Source: an uncultured Candidatus Saccharibacteria bacterium
GTDB taxonomy: Bacteria > Patescibacteriota > Saccharimonadia > Saccharimonadales > UBA10212
Assembly (NCBI GenBank): GCA_964448925.1
Contig: CAYUXQ010000001.1
Coordinates: 38,405 to 82,140, forward strand
DNA: 43,736 nucleotides
Reading direction: 5' to 3'
In this document: piece after piece, positions 26,390-34,401 of the stretch
Layout of the letters: every line of letters begins with the position of its first letter
Numbering within the stretch: the first letter of the stretch is position 1
Made by a program: the position numbers and the translations under genes
The notes under the pieces: generated by a model
Databases searched by the model: none
Seen by the model: only the letters and a program-made list of their open reading frames with translations
What the model was told of the DNA's origin: nothing

Positions 26390-27529
26390 TTAGCGCAAAC
26401 TGTCGACTATTTTTAGAATCTGATCAGTGTCAAGTTTGGCGTTGTCTTCTATTGTGTATCGGACACCGTGGTTAACCCAAGTAGCATGGTTTTGGTCACC
26501 ATAAATGTAGACTGTAGTGCCGTTTATTTGTGAAGTTTGAACTTTGTTGTTGCTTAAGCTGTTAGCAACCAGCGAAGGGCTAGTTTCGTTTGAGGACTGT
26601 TGGGTCAAAACATATTTCCTAGAATCATCAGAGTTGGCCCGGTAATCTATTGCAACTGTTTTATCGCTATACTCAATCGGTCCGGAAAAACTAAACCCCG
26701 GGGGCGTATAAGCAGGAACGGCAGCGGCCACATTAGCTCTGTTGGCGGCTAAACGCATAGAAACCTGTGGAATATTTTGCCAAGCAAAAAACCCGCCTAA
26801 AATCGCTATAGCTAAGGCTAGCGAACCTAGACTGGCCCACTTTGGAGCGTCTAAAACTTTTTGCCACCAATTTCGGCCAGGCAACTTTCCTTGCATGGCC
26901 TTTTTGTGAGCATCAGCTCGATGCAAGGCCTGGTCGAGCAATCTTTCTAGGTTTTGGTGCGAAACTGTAGTAGTCAAACTTGGTAGAGATTTGGCATTTA
27001 CGGCTTGAGTCGTTTGTACAGCAGCTGTTCTTGAAGGCACGGGTGCTGTGTTGGTTTTGGGCGTGTTCGAATAACCCTGAAACTTATTAACAGTACTAGC
27101 TTTACTAGTCTGACTTGCTCTAAAAGCCCTTGAACTATTTATTTTCGAAACTCGGGTGCGGTTGGCTGAAGATATAAATAGGCCGGTGCCCTTGTTCTTC
27201 AGTGATAAAGGCTTGCTTACACCACTTCGAACAAGAGTTTTGGAACGCTGGGTGCCTCGGTGCATTGTTCTGGTTGTTGTTCTTTTGAGACTTGCTGCTA
27301 CTGCAGTAGTTGTACCAATGACTGGGCTGGTGCTGCCTCTTGCTTTAGCAGTAAAATTTTTCATTTTGCTAGCTGGTAGCGACTTTTTGTTAAAAAAACC
27401 GTCCATTATCTTTCCTCCAGTTGAGCTTTTGGAGATTTTTTTTGTCTTTTTCTGAGTGCCCTCGCTGGGCTGCTCTGGAGACGGTACCAGCTCGGCTCCG
27501 CTTGGATCGGAGTTATTATTGCTACTCAC
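26390..27529 (-). CDS. Hypothetical single-pass membrane protein with a DUF4367-like C-terminal domain
   Basis: GTG start. A long Ser/Thr/Lys-rich cytoplasmic region precedes one TM helix (WASLGSLALAIAILGGFFAW). The C-terminus ends ..ATWVNHGVRYTIEDNAKLDTDQILKIVDSL, reminiscent of anti-sigma-associated DUF4367. Confidence 0.45.
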   Translation of the reverse strand: MSSNNNSDPSGAELVPSPEQPSEGTQKKTKKISKSSTGGKIMDGFFNKKSLPASKMKNFTAKARGSTSPVIGTTTAVAASLKRTTTRTMHRGTQRSKTLVRSGVSKPLSLKNKGTGLFISSANRTRVSKINSSRAFRASQTSKASTVNKFQGYSNTPKTNTAPVPSRTAAVQTTQAVNAKSLPSLTTTVSHQNLERLLDQALHRADAHKKAMQGKLPGRNWWQKVLDAPKWASLGSLALAIAILGGFFAWQNIPQVSMRLAANRANVAAAVPAYTPPGFSFSGPIEYSDKTVAIDYRANSDDSRKYVLTQQSSNETSPSLVANSLSNNKVQTSQINGTTVYIYGDQNHATWVNHGVRYTIEDNAKLDTDQILKIVDSLR

Positions 27530-27668
27530 GGTCTTTTAATTTTAACCGCCATATTTATAACAAACATTATACTACACTCCGATTTCTTGCTAATTGAATG
27601 GTAGATGCAAAAAAAGCCATCTGTTATGCTAAAAACACTCATTTAATGAATACTAATAAAACAGTTAA

Positions 27669-29153
27669 ATGGATTTCTTAGATCCCCGCAAACAGCGAGC
27701 CCACCACCGGCGGATAATGGTCGGATATTTATTAATGTCTATCGTGGTACTGCTTGGCACCATAATTTTGGTTTATGGCGCCAATGGCTATAGTGTAAAT
27801 ACCAAAACAGGTGCGGTTATCGAAAATGGGCTTTTGTTTGTTGACTCTAAGCCCAGCGGCACCGAAATATATCTAAATGGTCAAGATACCGGTGAACAGA
27901 CATCAGCAAGGAAAGTTCTCCCGACCGGTACTTACAGCCTCAAACTTTCTAAGGCAGGCTATCGTGACTGGGCCCGCAGCTTCGTTTTGGAAGAACACAG
28001 TATCGAGCGTTTTGTGTATCCTTTTTTATTCCCAGTTAAACCAGTATCTTCTAGCTTAAAAAAATACTCCGCCCAACCCAGTTTGTTAACTGTTAGTCCC
28101 GACCGTCATTGGTTGCTTATTTTTTACTCTGAAAACGGTAACGATAAAATTGACCAGATTGATACTACTAACTTAGACATTCCTGCAACCACTCTTGGCC
28201 TACCGGCAAGTTTGCTAACTAGTCCGGGGGCTACTTCAGGCTACAAGTTAGTCGAGTGGTCGACCGATAACAAACATGTGCTGGTTGAGCGGTCATACCC
28301 TGGTGGTTCAGAATTTTTGATGTTAAACAGGGATACGCTCGCTGAATCATTAAATGTTAATAAAACACTTAACATTAACCTCAATAAAGTTGTCTTGCGT
28401 GATAAAAAGTTCGATCAGCTTTATGTTCGTACAACTGATGGACAGCTATGGCAAGCAGACCTAGATGGTACGCAGTTAACATCTATTTTGAAAAATGTTT
28501 TAGAGTTTAAGGCCTATGGCAACAACCTACTGCTATATACAACCAATGGCCTCGCAGGCGGTCAAGAAGTAACCGCCAAGCTTTGGGATAATGGGCAATC
28601 CTATATCCTAGCAAAGCTAATCCCCGGTCAGGTGTATTTACTAGATATGGCTAAGTTTCAAAATGGCTTTTATGTTGTGGTTGGTAGCAGTGGGGGAGAT
28701 GGCGTTAGTTTGTACAAAGACCCCTTTGACAGTCTCAAAGATCCAAAAAACGGAAAAGCATTGCCGTTCATTACATTACGGCTTAGTAACGCTCAAAAAA
28801 CCGCATTTTCAGATAATGCTCGGTTTGTCGAAGCGCAGTCCGGTCAGAAATTTGCTGTCTATGATTTAGAAGCCAAGCGATATTACAAATACGCTACCGC
28901 CGCTAAGCTAGTGCAACCGGTACAATGGATGGATGGTCATCGTCTAATTGGTATGGCTAGCGGCAAAGTATTTGTAATGGACTTCGATAGGACTAACCAA
29001 CAGTCATTAGTTAGTACGGTTTGGATGGGCGGCGGAGTGTTTGACCGTGACTATAACAACCTTTTTACTCTCTCAGCAGCCTCGGGTGGTGGGTTTAGCT
29101 TGGTTGATGTTGATATGCGGGCTGGTAGTGACCTGCCAGCAAACAAGCGTTAA
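27669..29153 (+). CDS. PEGA-domain membrane-anchored protein with a large beta-rich C-terminal domain
   Basis: N-terminal TM helix and a PEGA-like block (LFVDSKPSGTEIYLNGQDTGEQT..LPTGTYSLKLSKAGYRDW). Confidence 0.7.
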   Translation: MDFLDPRKQRAHHRRIMVGYLLMSIVVLLGTIILVYGANGYSVNTKTGAVIENGLLFVDSKPSGTEIYLNGQDTGEQTSARKVLPTGTYSLKLSKAGYRDWARSFVLEEHSIERFVYPFLFPVKPVSSSLKKYSAQPSLLTVSPDRHWLLIFYSENGNDKIDQIDTTNLDIPATTLGLPASLLTSPGATSGYKLVEWSTDNKHVLVERSYPGGSEFLMLNRDTLAESLNVNKTLNINLNKVVLRDKKFDQLYVRTTDGQLWQADLDGTQLTSILKNVLEFKAYGNNLLLYTTNGLAGGQEVTAKLWDNGQSYILAKLIPGQVYLLDMAKFQNGFYVVVGSSGGDGVSLYKDPFDSLKDPKNGKALPFITLRLSNAQKTAFSDNARFVEAQSGQKFAVYDLEAKRYYKYATAAKLVQPVQWMDGHRLIGMASGKVFVMDFDRTNQQSLVSTVWMGGGVFDRDYNNLFTLSAASGGGFSLVDVDMRAGSDLPANKR

Positions 29154-30304
29154 AAAAAATCACCTAAACGCGACCACAAACTTGGTGAGTTTCCAGGGAT
29201 AGTTGCACCTTCGCTGGCAGGCGAGGCTGGCGCGACACTAGAATTAGTCGAAACAGCCGGGCTAATTTGTTCTCCGACTACAACTAAGCGGTTGGTACTG
29301 GTACCAGGCGGGTCGCAGGTTATCAGTGTTGCCACGGCTGTTTTGCCGGTGGCCGGTCCCAGTACACCAACCTCTGTTGGTTTGACGATTTTTTTTTCGT
29401 AAACTTCGTAAGTATATCGTTTGCCGTCTTTTTGCAGATAAAAAGTATCGCCGACTTCCAAGCGGCTTAGTAACACAAAAGCAAATTTATATTTGCCTTT
29501 GTTGAATATGTTGTTGGAGGAATGGCCTACTATTGCCACATTACCGTTTTGGCCCGGTAGGGCTGTGCCAGTGTAGTGCACTACCCCTCCCTCCAAAGCT
29601 CTCTGAGTTGCCATTTCATCTGCTGTGTTAGCACCATAAACCACCGGGATCTCGACATTAATTTTTGGGATAATGACTTCTGGGTTAGGCCCAACTGCCA
29701 ATGTACTATTTATTATTTGGCTGCTAGCTTCGGCCCGGCTGGGCTGAATGAATGGGGCTATAAACCGTTCGTTGAAAAAGCTAAACAAAAATATCACTAA
29801 AACTACAGAACCGAGACCCAGACCAAAAGCTAACGACTGTAGATGTTGAGTCGGTTTTAGTTTGGCTCGTTTGTTGGTGCTGCCAGCAAGTTTGTCTCGG
29901 ACATCGGCATATGTAGTATTAACGGGAGCAAGGTTGTGAGAAGTTTTGGTTGGCTTGGCATTTTCGCTCACCGGCACGCCTAAAACAAAATGAGACGACT
30001 TTTCCTGCATAGCATAAAACTCGTTCCATACTTGGTGCTTGTCGGCGTCAGTTAGGCCGGCGTAATATTCATGCCAAGCGGTTTGAATTTCAGCTACAGT
30101 TTTGCCAGAATTTACCAGGTCGAACATATATTGCTGATGACGAGATTTTGGCTGACCGCTCAGTCCAGCAACATCCAATGCGTCATCTTTGGCGCCAGGA
30201 GCATTTTTGTAACTAGTGTTGACCTTTTTACGGATAAATTCGGTAGCCGCCAGGACATGTTTATCCATTTGGCTTTTTTTGGGTGGGTCAATCTTTTTCA
30301 TCAT
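29150..30304 (-). CDS. Sortase-family transpeptidase with a long N-terminal extension
   Basis: IVGHSS (catalytic His), TLITCDP (TLxTC catalytic Cys) and a downstream Arg (NRLVVVGE) are present. There is one TM helix, preceded by about 160 aa of cytoplasmic sequence. Confidence 0.8.
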   Translation of the reverse strand: MMKKIDPPKKSQMDKHVLAATEFIRKKVNTSYKNAPGAKDDALDVAGLSGQPKSRHQQYMFDLVNSGKTVAEIQTAWHEYYAGLTDADKHQVWNEFYAMQEKSSHFVLGVPVSENAKPTKTSHNLAPVNTTYADVRDKLAGSTNKRAKLKPTQHLQSLAFGLGLGSVVLVIFLFSFFNERFIAPFIQPSRAEASSQIINSTLAVGPNPEVIIPKINVEIPVVYGANTADEMATQRALEGGVVHYTGTALPGQNGNVAIVGHSSNNIFNKGKYKFAFVLLSRLEVGDTFYLQKDGKRYTYEVYEKKIVKPTEVGVLGPATGKTAVATLITCDPPGTSTNRLVVVGEQISPAVSTNSSVAPASPASEGATIPGNSPSLWSRLGDFF

Positions 30305-30401
30305 GGCTTAATGTTCATGTCTTATTGTACAATAACACCTGTAGTTTAGCTTAAGAGCTCAGGCTGCCCAACAGGTGTATGAGCGATTTTGGTTTTTCTG
30401 C

Positions 30402-30488
30402 GCCGCGGTGGTGGAATTGGTAGACACGCTGGACTCAAAATCCTGTGAACGCAAGTTCGTGACGGTTCAAGTCCGTCCCGCGGCACCA
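30402..30488 (+). tRNA. tRNA-Leu (anticodon CAA), CCA encoded
   Basis: GCCGCGG/CCGCGGC acceptor stem, anticodon loop CTCAAAA, long variable arm, T-loop GGTTCAAGTCC and a terminal ACCA. Confidence 0.9.
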
Positions 30489-30594
30489 TCGACATGTGTG
30501 TTCAATCCTGTCTACCGTCAGGCAGGCCCACTCCACCCACCAAGCATCTAATCCATATCAGCCACTAATCAAAAATTGGAACCAAGTACTCTTT

Positions 30595-31437
30595 ATGCCC
30601 CAAGAACAGAAAGAACTTATCGCAACTTACTACGACCAAACTCTGAAGCTTTACGAAAGATTTTGGCACAAAAAAACCTACGGTGTACACTATGGTTTTT
30701 GGGATGATAGTACAAAAAATTTAGAGCAAGCTTTAATAAATGAAAATCAGTTCATGGCTGATCTTTTAGGGCTTAGCAAGGGCATGAAAGTTTTAGATGC
30801 CGGTTGCGGCGTAGGAGGTAGCTCTGTGTGGCTAGCCAAAAACTATGGCGTAGAAGTGAAAGGGATATCTTTAAGCAACAGACAAGTAAAAAAAGCAAAA
30901 GTGATAGCAAAGCAAGCGGGTGTGTCACACCTAACAAGTTTCGAAGTAAACGACTATTTAAAAACAAACTACTCTGCTAGAAGTTTTGACATAGTTTGGG
31001 CTGAAGAGAGTGTATGCTACGCGGAGAACAAGCAGGATTTCCTAAAAGAAGCCTACAGGCTTCTAAAGCCCGCGGGTAAACTAGTCGTAGCCGATGGGTT
31101 CTTGCTACGAAATGTAAGGGACAATGAGAAGAAGGATTTTAATACCTTTCTTGAGGGTCTAGCTCTCTCCAATCTCGCGTCAGTTGATAGCTTTAAGAAA
31201 AATATGCAAACAGCCGGTTTTAAAAAGGTAAAAATGCATGATGCCACTAAGGCCGTAGAGCCTTCTTCTGCTCTGATGTACAAGCGCGTTAGAAAGTTCT
31301 ACCCACTTGCTTGGTTTCAGCACAAAATTGGGTTAATATCTTCAGTATTATTAAACAACCAAAAAGCAGGGCTAGCTCAATACAGACTGGTTAAAAAAGG
31401 TATAGCCGGATATGCGGTCTTTACTGGAGAGAAATAA
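30595..31437 (+). CDS. Class I SAM-dependent methyltransferase (gamma-tocopherol/SDMT/sterol-C-MT-like branch)
   Basis: N-terminal YYDQTLKLYERFW..HYGFWD block and motif I VLDAGCGVGG. ATG 30595 is preferred, because the ORF-track start at 30496 abuts the tRNA. Confidence 0.8.
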   Translation: MPQEQKELIATYYDQTLKLYERFWHKKTYGVHYGFWDDSTKNLEQALINENQFMADLLGLSKGMKVLDAGCGVGGSSVWLAKNYGVEVKGISLSNRQVKKAKVIAKQAGVSHLTSFEVNDYLKTNYSARSFDIVWAEESVCYAENKQDFLKEAYRLLKPAGKLVVADGFLLRNVRDNEKKDFNTFLEGLALSNLASVDSFKKNMQTAGFKKVKMHDATKAVEPSSALMYKRVRKFYPLAWFQHKIGLISSVLLNNQKAGLAQYRLVKKGIAGYAVFTGEK

Positions 31438-31460
31438 AAAAATAAACCACACAAAATAGC

Positions 31461-31781
31461 ATGGAACAACTAGATTATATAAAGTGGTTTGCGGTCTTTG
31501 CTTGGACACCAATAATAATCGTCTGGGCATTTTATTGGAGGTACTTAATAAAGTTCTCCAAGGTGTTTTTGTATTGCATAATCGGTTCAGTTATTTTCGG
31601 GACGGTATGGGACTACTGGGCTACACACTACTGGTTGTGGCACTTCTCACCTGACCACACCTTAGGTGTTAATATTTTAGGTCTTCCTGTTGAAGAGTAT
31701 GTATTTTTTATCTCATTCACTATCTTGTATGCCAGTATCGCGCTTGTGCTTAAGGATAAGATGAGAATTAAAAAATTATGA
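31461..31781 (+). CDS. Lycopene-cyclase-domain membrane protein (CrtYc-like subunit)
   Basis: About 106 aa with three hydrophobic helices. The W-D-Y-W..W-H-F..LGLPVEEYVFF segment matches the PxEE-FF signature of the lycopene cyclase domain. Confidence 0.6.
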   Translation: MEQLDYIKWFAVFAWTPIIIVWAFYWRYLIKFSKVFLYCIIGSVIFGTVWDYWATHYWLWHFSPDHTLGVNILGLPVEEYVFFISFTILYASIALVLKDKMRIKKL

Positions 31782-32095
31782 GGTGGGCCTACCTAGTCAG
31801 CAATTTTATACCGATCTTGATTGCTTTTATACTAATTTGGCGAAAGGGTTTGCCAAGCAAGCGTACTTGGTATTTGCTAGCTATCTTAGGGACGCTAGGA
31901 CTTATCAATGCCCTTGGCGAAAACCCTGCTCTGCATTGGGGTATCTGGCATTATAATCTCCCTAAAACCTTAGATATTCAGATATTTGGTGTGCTTTTTG
32001 AGACATATGTTTACTGCATTATGGTTCCGATCGTTATAGGTTCAGCCGCACTTAAGTTTGCAGAGAGACAAAATGCCAAAAAGTCTAAAAAATAG
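31778..32095 (+). CDS. Lycopene-cyclase-domain-like membrane protein (CrtYd-like, degenerate motif)
   Basis: ATGA start/stop overlap with the preceding gene and the same size and topology. The WGIWHY..FGVLFETYVY segment aligns to the partner signature but keeps only one Glu. Confidence 0.5.
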   Translation: MRWAYLVSNFIPILIAFILIWRKGLPSKRTWYLLAILGTLGLINALGENPALHWGIWHYNLPKTLDIQIFGVLFETYVYCIMVPIVIGSAALKFAERQNAKKSKK

Positions 32096-32100
32096 CAACA

Positions 32101-32108
32101 AAAAAAAG
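32101..32108 (+). other. A7G run containing an A AAA AAG heptamer (candidate -1 frameshift or homopolymer indel site)
   Basis: In the frame of ATG 32073 the codons read A AAA AAG. A -1 slip lands exactly in the methyltransferase frame at GAT 32108. Confidence 0.3.
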
Positions 32109-32239
32109 ATGTAGAAAACTATTATTTCCGTCGTGAGTCGCGCTGGGGGTATAAGTATCTTTTAAAAGGTACCAAGCACTATAGCTACCACCCTAAAGGT
32201 GTCGTAGGTGGGCTAACTCTGGCAGAATCCCAGTTAGAG

Positions 32240-32938
32240 ATGGAAAAACAACTAGCAATTCGAATCGGGCAGAAGCACGGCGCGCGAATACTGGATGCTG
32301 GATGTGGCGAGGCGTTAGTAGCAATCCGTTTAGCAAAGGAGAAACCCTGGATAATTTATGGGATTGATTTGCTCAAACCATATGTGGATATAGCCAAGAA
32401 AAACGTGTCAAAAGCTGGTCTTGAAGGTAAGGTTATAGTTGAGGTTGGTGATTACACTCATTTGGACTTCCCAGACAATTACTTTAATGCCGTATACACA
32501 GTCGAGACATTAGTGCACTCACCTGACTATAAAAGAACACTAAGAGAATTCTATAGGGTTCTTAAGCCTGGCGGTGTGCTAGTTAACTTTGAGTACGCTC
32601 TTGAGGATGATATGACCCCCGAGCAAGAAGAGCCTTGGCGACATATATACGAGAATGGTGCGATGATGGGTGTATTTAAAGACTTTAGGATAAAGAGAAT
32701 GCAACAAATATGGGATCGGGCTGGGTTTGTAGATGTGAGAGTCGATGGTGTGACTAAAAACGTAGCTCCGTTTATGAAACGTCTCTATCAGATTGCATTT
32801 GTGCCTTTCCATATCCTAAAACTATTCGGTAAAGAAAAAAACTACACAAATACCTATGTAGGCTATATTTCTTTTGGGCTCCGCGACCAGTTTCAGTATT
32901 CTCTTATAAGTGCGGTCAAACCGAGTAGTCGTAAATAG
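32240..32938 (+). CDS. Class I SAM-dependent methyltransferase, paralogue of 30595..31437 (N-terminus unresolved)
   Basis: Motif I is ILDAGCGEA. Homology to the first methyltransferase (VENYYFRRESRWGY..HYSYHP) continues upstream in frame to 32096 with no ATG/GTG/TTG. The conservative start is ATG 32240. Confidence 0.75.
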   Translation: MEKQLAIRIGQKHGARILDAGCGEALVAIRLAKEKPWIIYGIDLLKPYVDIAKKNVSKAGLEGKVIVEVGDYTHLDFPDNYFNAVYTVETLVHSPDYKRTLREFYRVLKPGGVLVNFEYALEDDMTPEQEEPWRHIYENGAMMGVFKDFRIKRMQQIWDRAGFVDVRVDGVTKNVAPFMKRLYQIAFVPFHILKLFGKEKNYTNTYVGYISFGLRDQFQYSLISAVKPSSRK

Positions 32939-33728
32939 AGGAGCTCAAAGCTTCTAAAGGTTTTGTGGGGTTTTGTAGGAGCCAGACGGCGGCATAAGCA
33001 GCTAACTCGGTTTGCCAACTTTGCTCTTTGTTAACCGGCGTGGTACTTACTTTGCCGCTATACGCGGTAATGTAGCTGTTAGCGTGTTTGGTTATAAAAG
33101 CTGTCGGTACACTGTTAGTCCAATCTGACAGCACACTTACCAGTTCTTGCAGGCTCATGTTGTGAAACACCGGCGTGGTTGGGCGGTTAGACTTGGCTAG
33201 CTTTTGCAGCTGGCTAACTTCGCTGACTACCACTGTATTTTGGCGAGCTAACAAAGAGCTGTTTTTGCCCAGGAAGTAATCCAAGCAATCACCCGAAACA
33301 CAGAGCGGTCCGGTAAATTTACTAACCAAGGACTCAACGAATACGGCCGTTTCGGAGTTGCGGCCAAAACCTCCGGCCAGAAGTACCCCGTTGGCCCATT
33401 GGGCAGCTTGTAGCGCCTCTGCGAGCGCCTGGCGGCCAAAACTACCGCTTGGTGTAGCCGGTGCAAATTCAGCTTCGATAAATGCCTTTCCCAATGTTTT
33501 TTGCAATGACTGCGGTAGCAGGACCCGAGTACTGCCTATACCAGCTTCGCCAGCAGCAGCGAATGCGCCGGCCGGCACGGCAAAACCAGCACTGTTGCCG
33601 CCAATTATCAAAAGTTTGCCGCGAGCCTGCTTGGTTTCGGGTCGGCTCCAAATTAGCTCATCAAAAAGTGGCTTATCCGGAGTTTGTTTTAACCAGTTGG
33701 TAATTTCCATCTTTTTGCTCCAGCTCAT
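32916..33728 (-). CDS. YjeF_C / NAD(P)HX-dehydratase-like carbohydrate-kinase fold protein (divergent)
   Basis: GKLLIIGGNSAGFAVPAGAFAAAGEAGIG, VLLAGGFGRNSE and PLCVSGDCLDYF align to blocks of the YjeF C-terminal family. The C-terminal GxGD nucleotide-binding motif is not evident. Confidence 0.45.
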   Translation of the reverse strand: MSWSKKMEITNWLKQTPDKPLFDELIWSRPETKQARGKLLIIGGNSAGFAVPAGAFAAAGEAGIGSTRVLLPQSLQKTLGKAFIEAEFAPATPSGSFGRQALAEALQAAQWANGVLLAGGFGRNSETAVFVESLVSKFTGPLCVSGDCLDYFLGKNSSLLARQNTVVVSEVSQLQKLAKSNRPTTPVFHNMSLQELVSVLSDWTNSVPTAFITKHANSYITAYSGKVSTTPVNKEQSWQTELAAYAAVWLLQNPTKPLEALSSSIYDYSV

Positions 33729-34401
33729 ATACCATATTTTTGCGTTCCAGGACTATTTTCCAGCCGGCTTGGGCGGCAGCTTCAAACAAAGCCTTTTCGG
33801 GGTTAAAAGCAATCGGCAGCTGGACAATCTGCATCATACTGATGTCGCTGGCACTGTCGCCCACAGCCAGGCTGCCTTCAAGTCCCAACCCGTGTTTATT
33901 CATCAGTTGGTGCAGTGTGGTGGCTTTGTCGCCCGAACCAATGATTTTTTGACCGGTAAACTTGCCGTTTTCCTGCTGGTAGATGGTACCTACGCAGTCA
34001 TCAAACCCGTAGTGGTCGGCAATTTTTTTGACAATTTCGATTTGCGACCCGGAAATGGCCAGCAAAAAGTAACCTCGATTTTTTAGTTCGGCGGCTAAGT
34101 CGCGTGTGTAGGTATATACTTGGTCTTTATATTCTTCAAAAACTCCCCGGGTTACGGTTTCTAACTGCTGGGGCTCAAGATTGGTCAGAATTTCTTCAAA
34201 CGCGTCAATTAAGTATTTTTCGTACTCCGAAAATGAGTCGCCGGTTTCGCGCCTCTTCCATGACATACGGGCTTCCTTAATAGGCAAAAATGCTTGCGGG
34301 TCGGCGAATCCGGCTTTGACTAAACCGTCGGTTAAGGCATGGTAGAGTTGCCAGCGGATCAGCGTACCGTCTAAGTCAAAAACAGCAAATGGCTGGCTCA
34401 T
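33673..34401 (-). CDS. HAD-IB family hydrolase (phosphoserine-phosphatase-like)
   Basis: FAVFDLDGTL (DxDxT) and AVGDSASDISMM motifs. ATG 34401 forms an ATGA overlap with the xth stop, while the ORF-track start is 34431. Confidence 0.75.
   Translation of the reverse strand: MSQPFAVFDLDGTLIRWQLYHALTDGLVKAGFADPQAFLPIKEARMSWKRRETGDSFSEYEKYLIDAFEEILTNLEPQQLETVTRGVFEEYKDQVYTYTRDLAAELKNRGYFLLAISGSQIEIVKKIADHYGFDDCVGTIYQQENGKFTGQKIIGSGDKATTLHQLMNKHGLGLEGSLAVGDSASDISMMQIVQLPIAFNPEKALFEAAAQAGWKIVLERKNMVYELEQKDGNYQLVKTNSG

Noticed and set aside
32093-32095. The in-frame TAG between the cyclase-like gene and the methyltransferase might reflect stop-codon reassignment.
   Set aside because: TAG terminates several well-supported genes in this window, including the GH1 gene, ftsI and mraY, so TAG is a genuine stop here. 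Local read-through remains possible, but a recoded genetic code is not supported.
30402-32938. The cassette might be a classical integrated genomic island with att repeats and an integrase.
   Set aside because: No integrase or recombinase gene is present, and I could not find a direct repeat of the tRNA-Leu 3' end downstream of the cassette. Only tRNA adjacency and an apparent AT shift remain, and these are described as such in the finding.
33358-34086. A 242-aa plus-strand ORF.
   Set aside because: It runs antisense across the junction of two motif-supported minus-strand genes (YjeF_C-like and HAD), so it is a shadow ORF. The same reasoning applies to 14471..14896, 9094..9465, 285..647, 2833..3207 and the other short antisense ORFs in the track.
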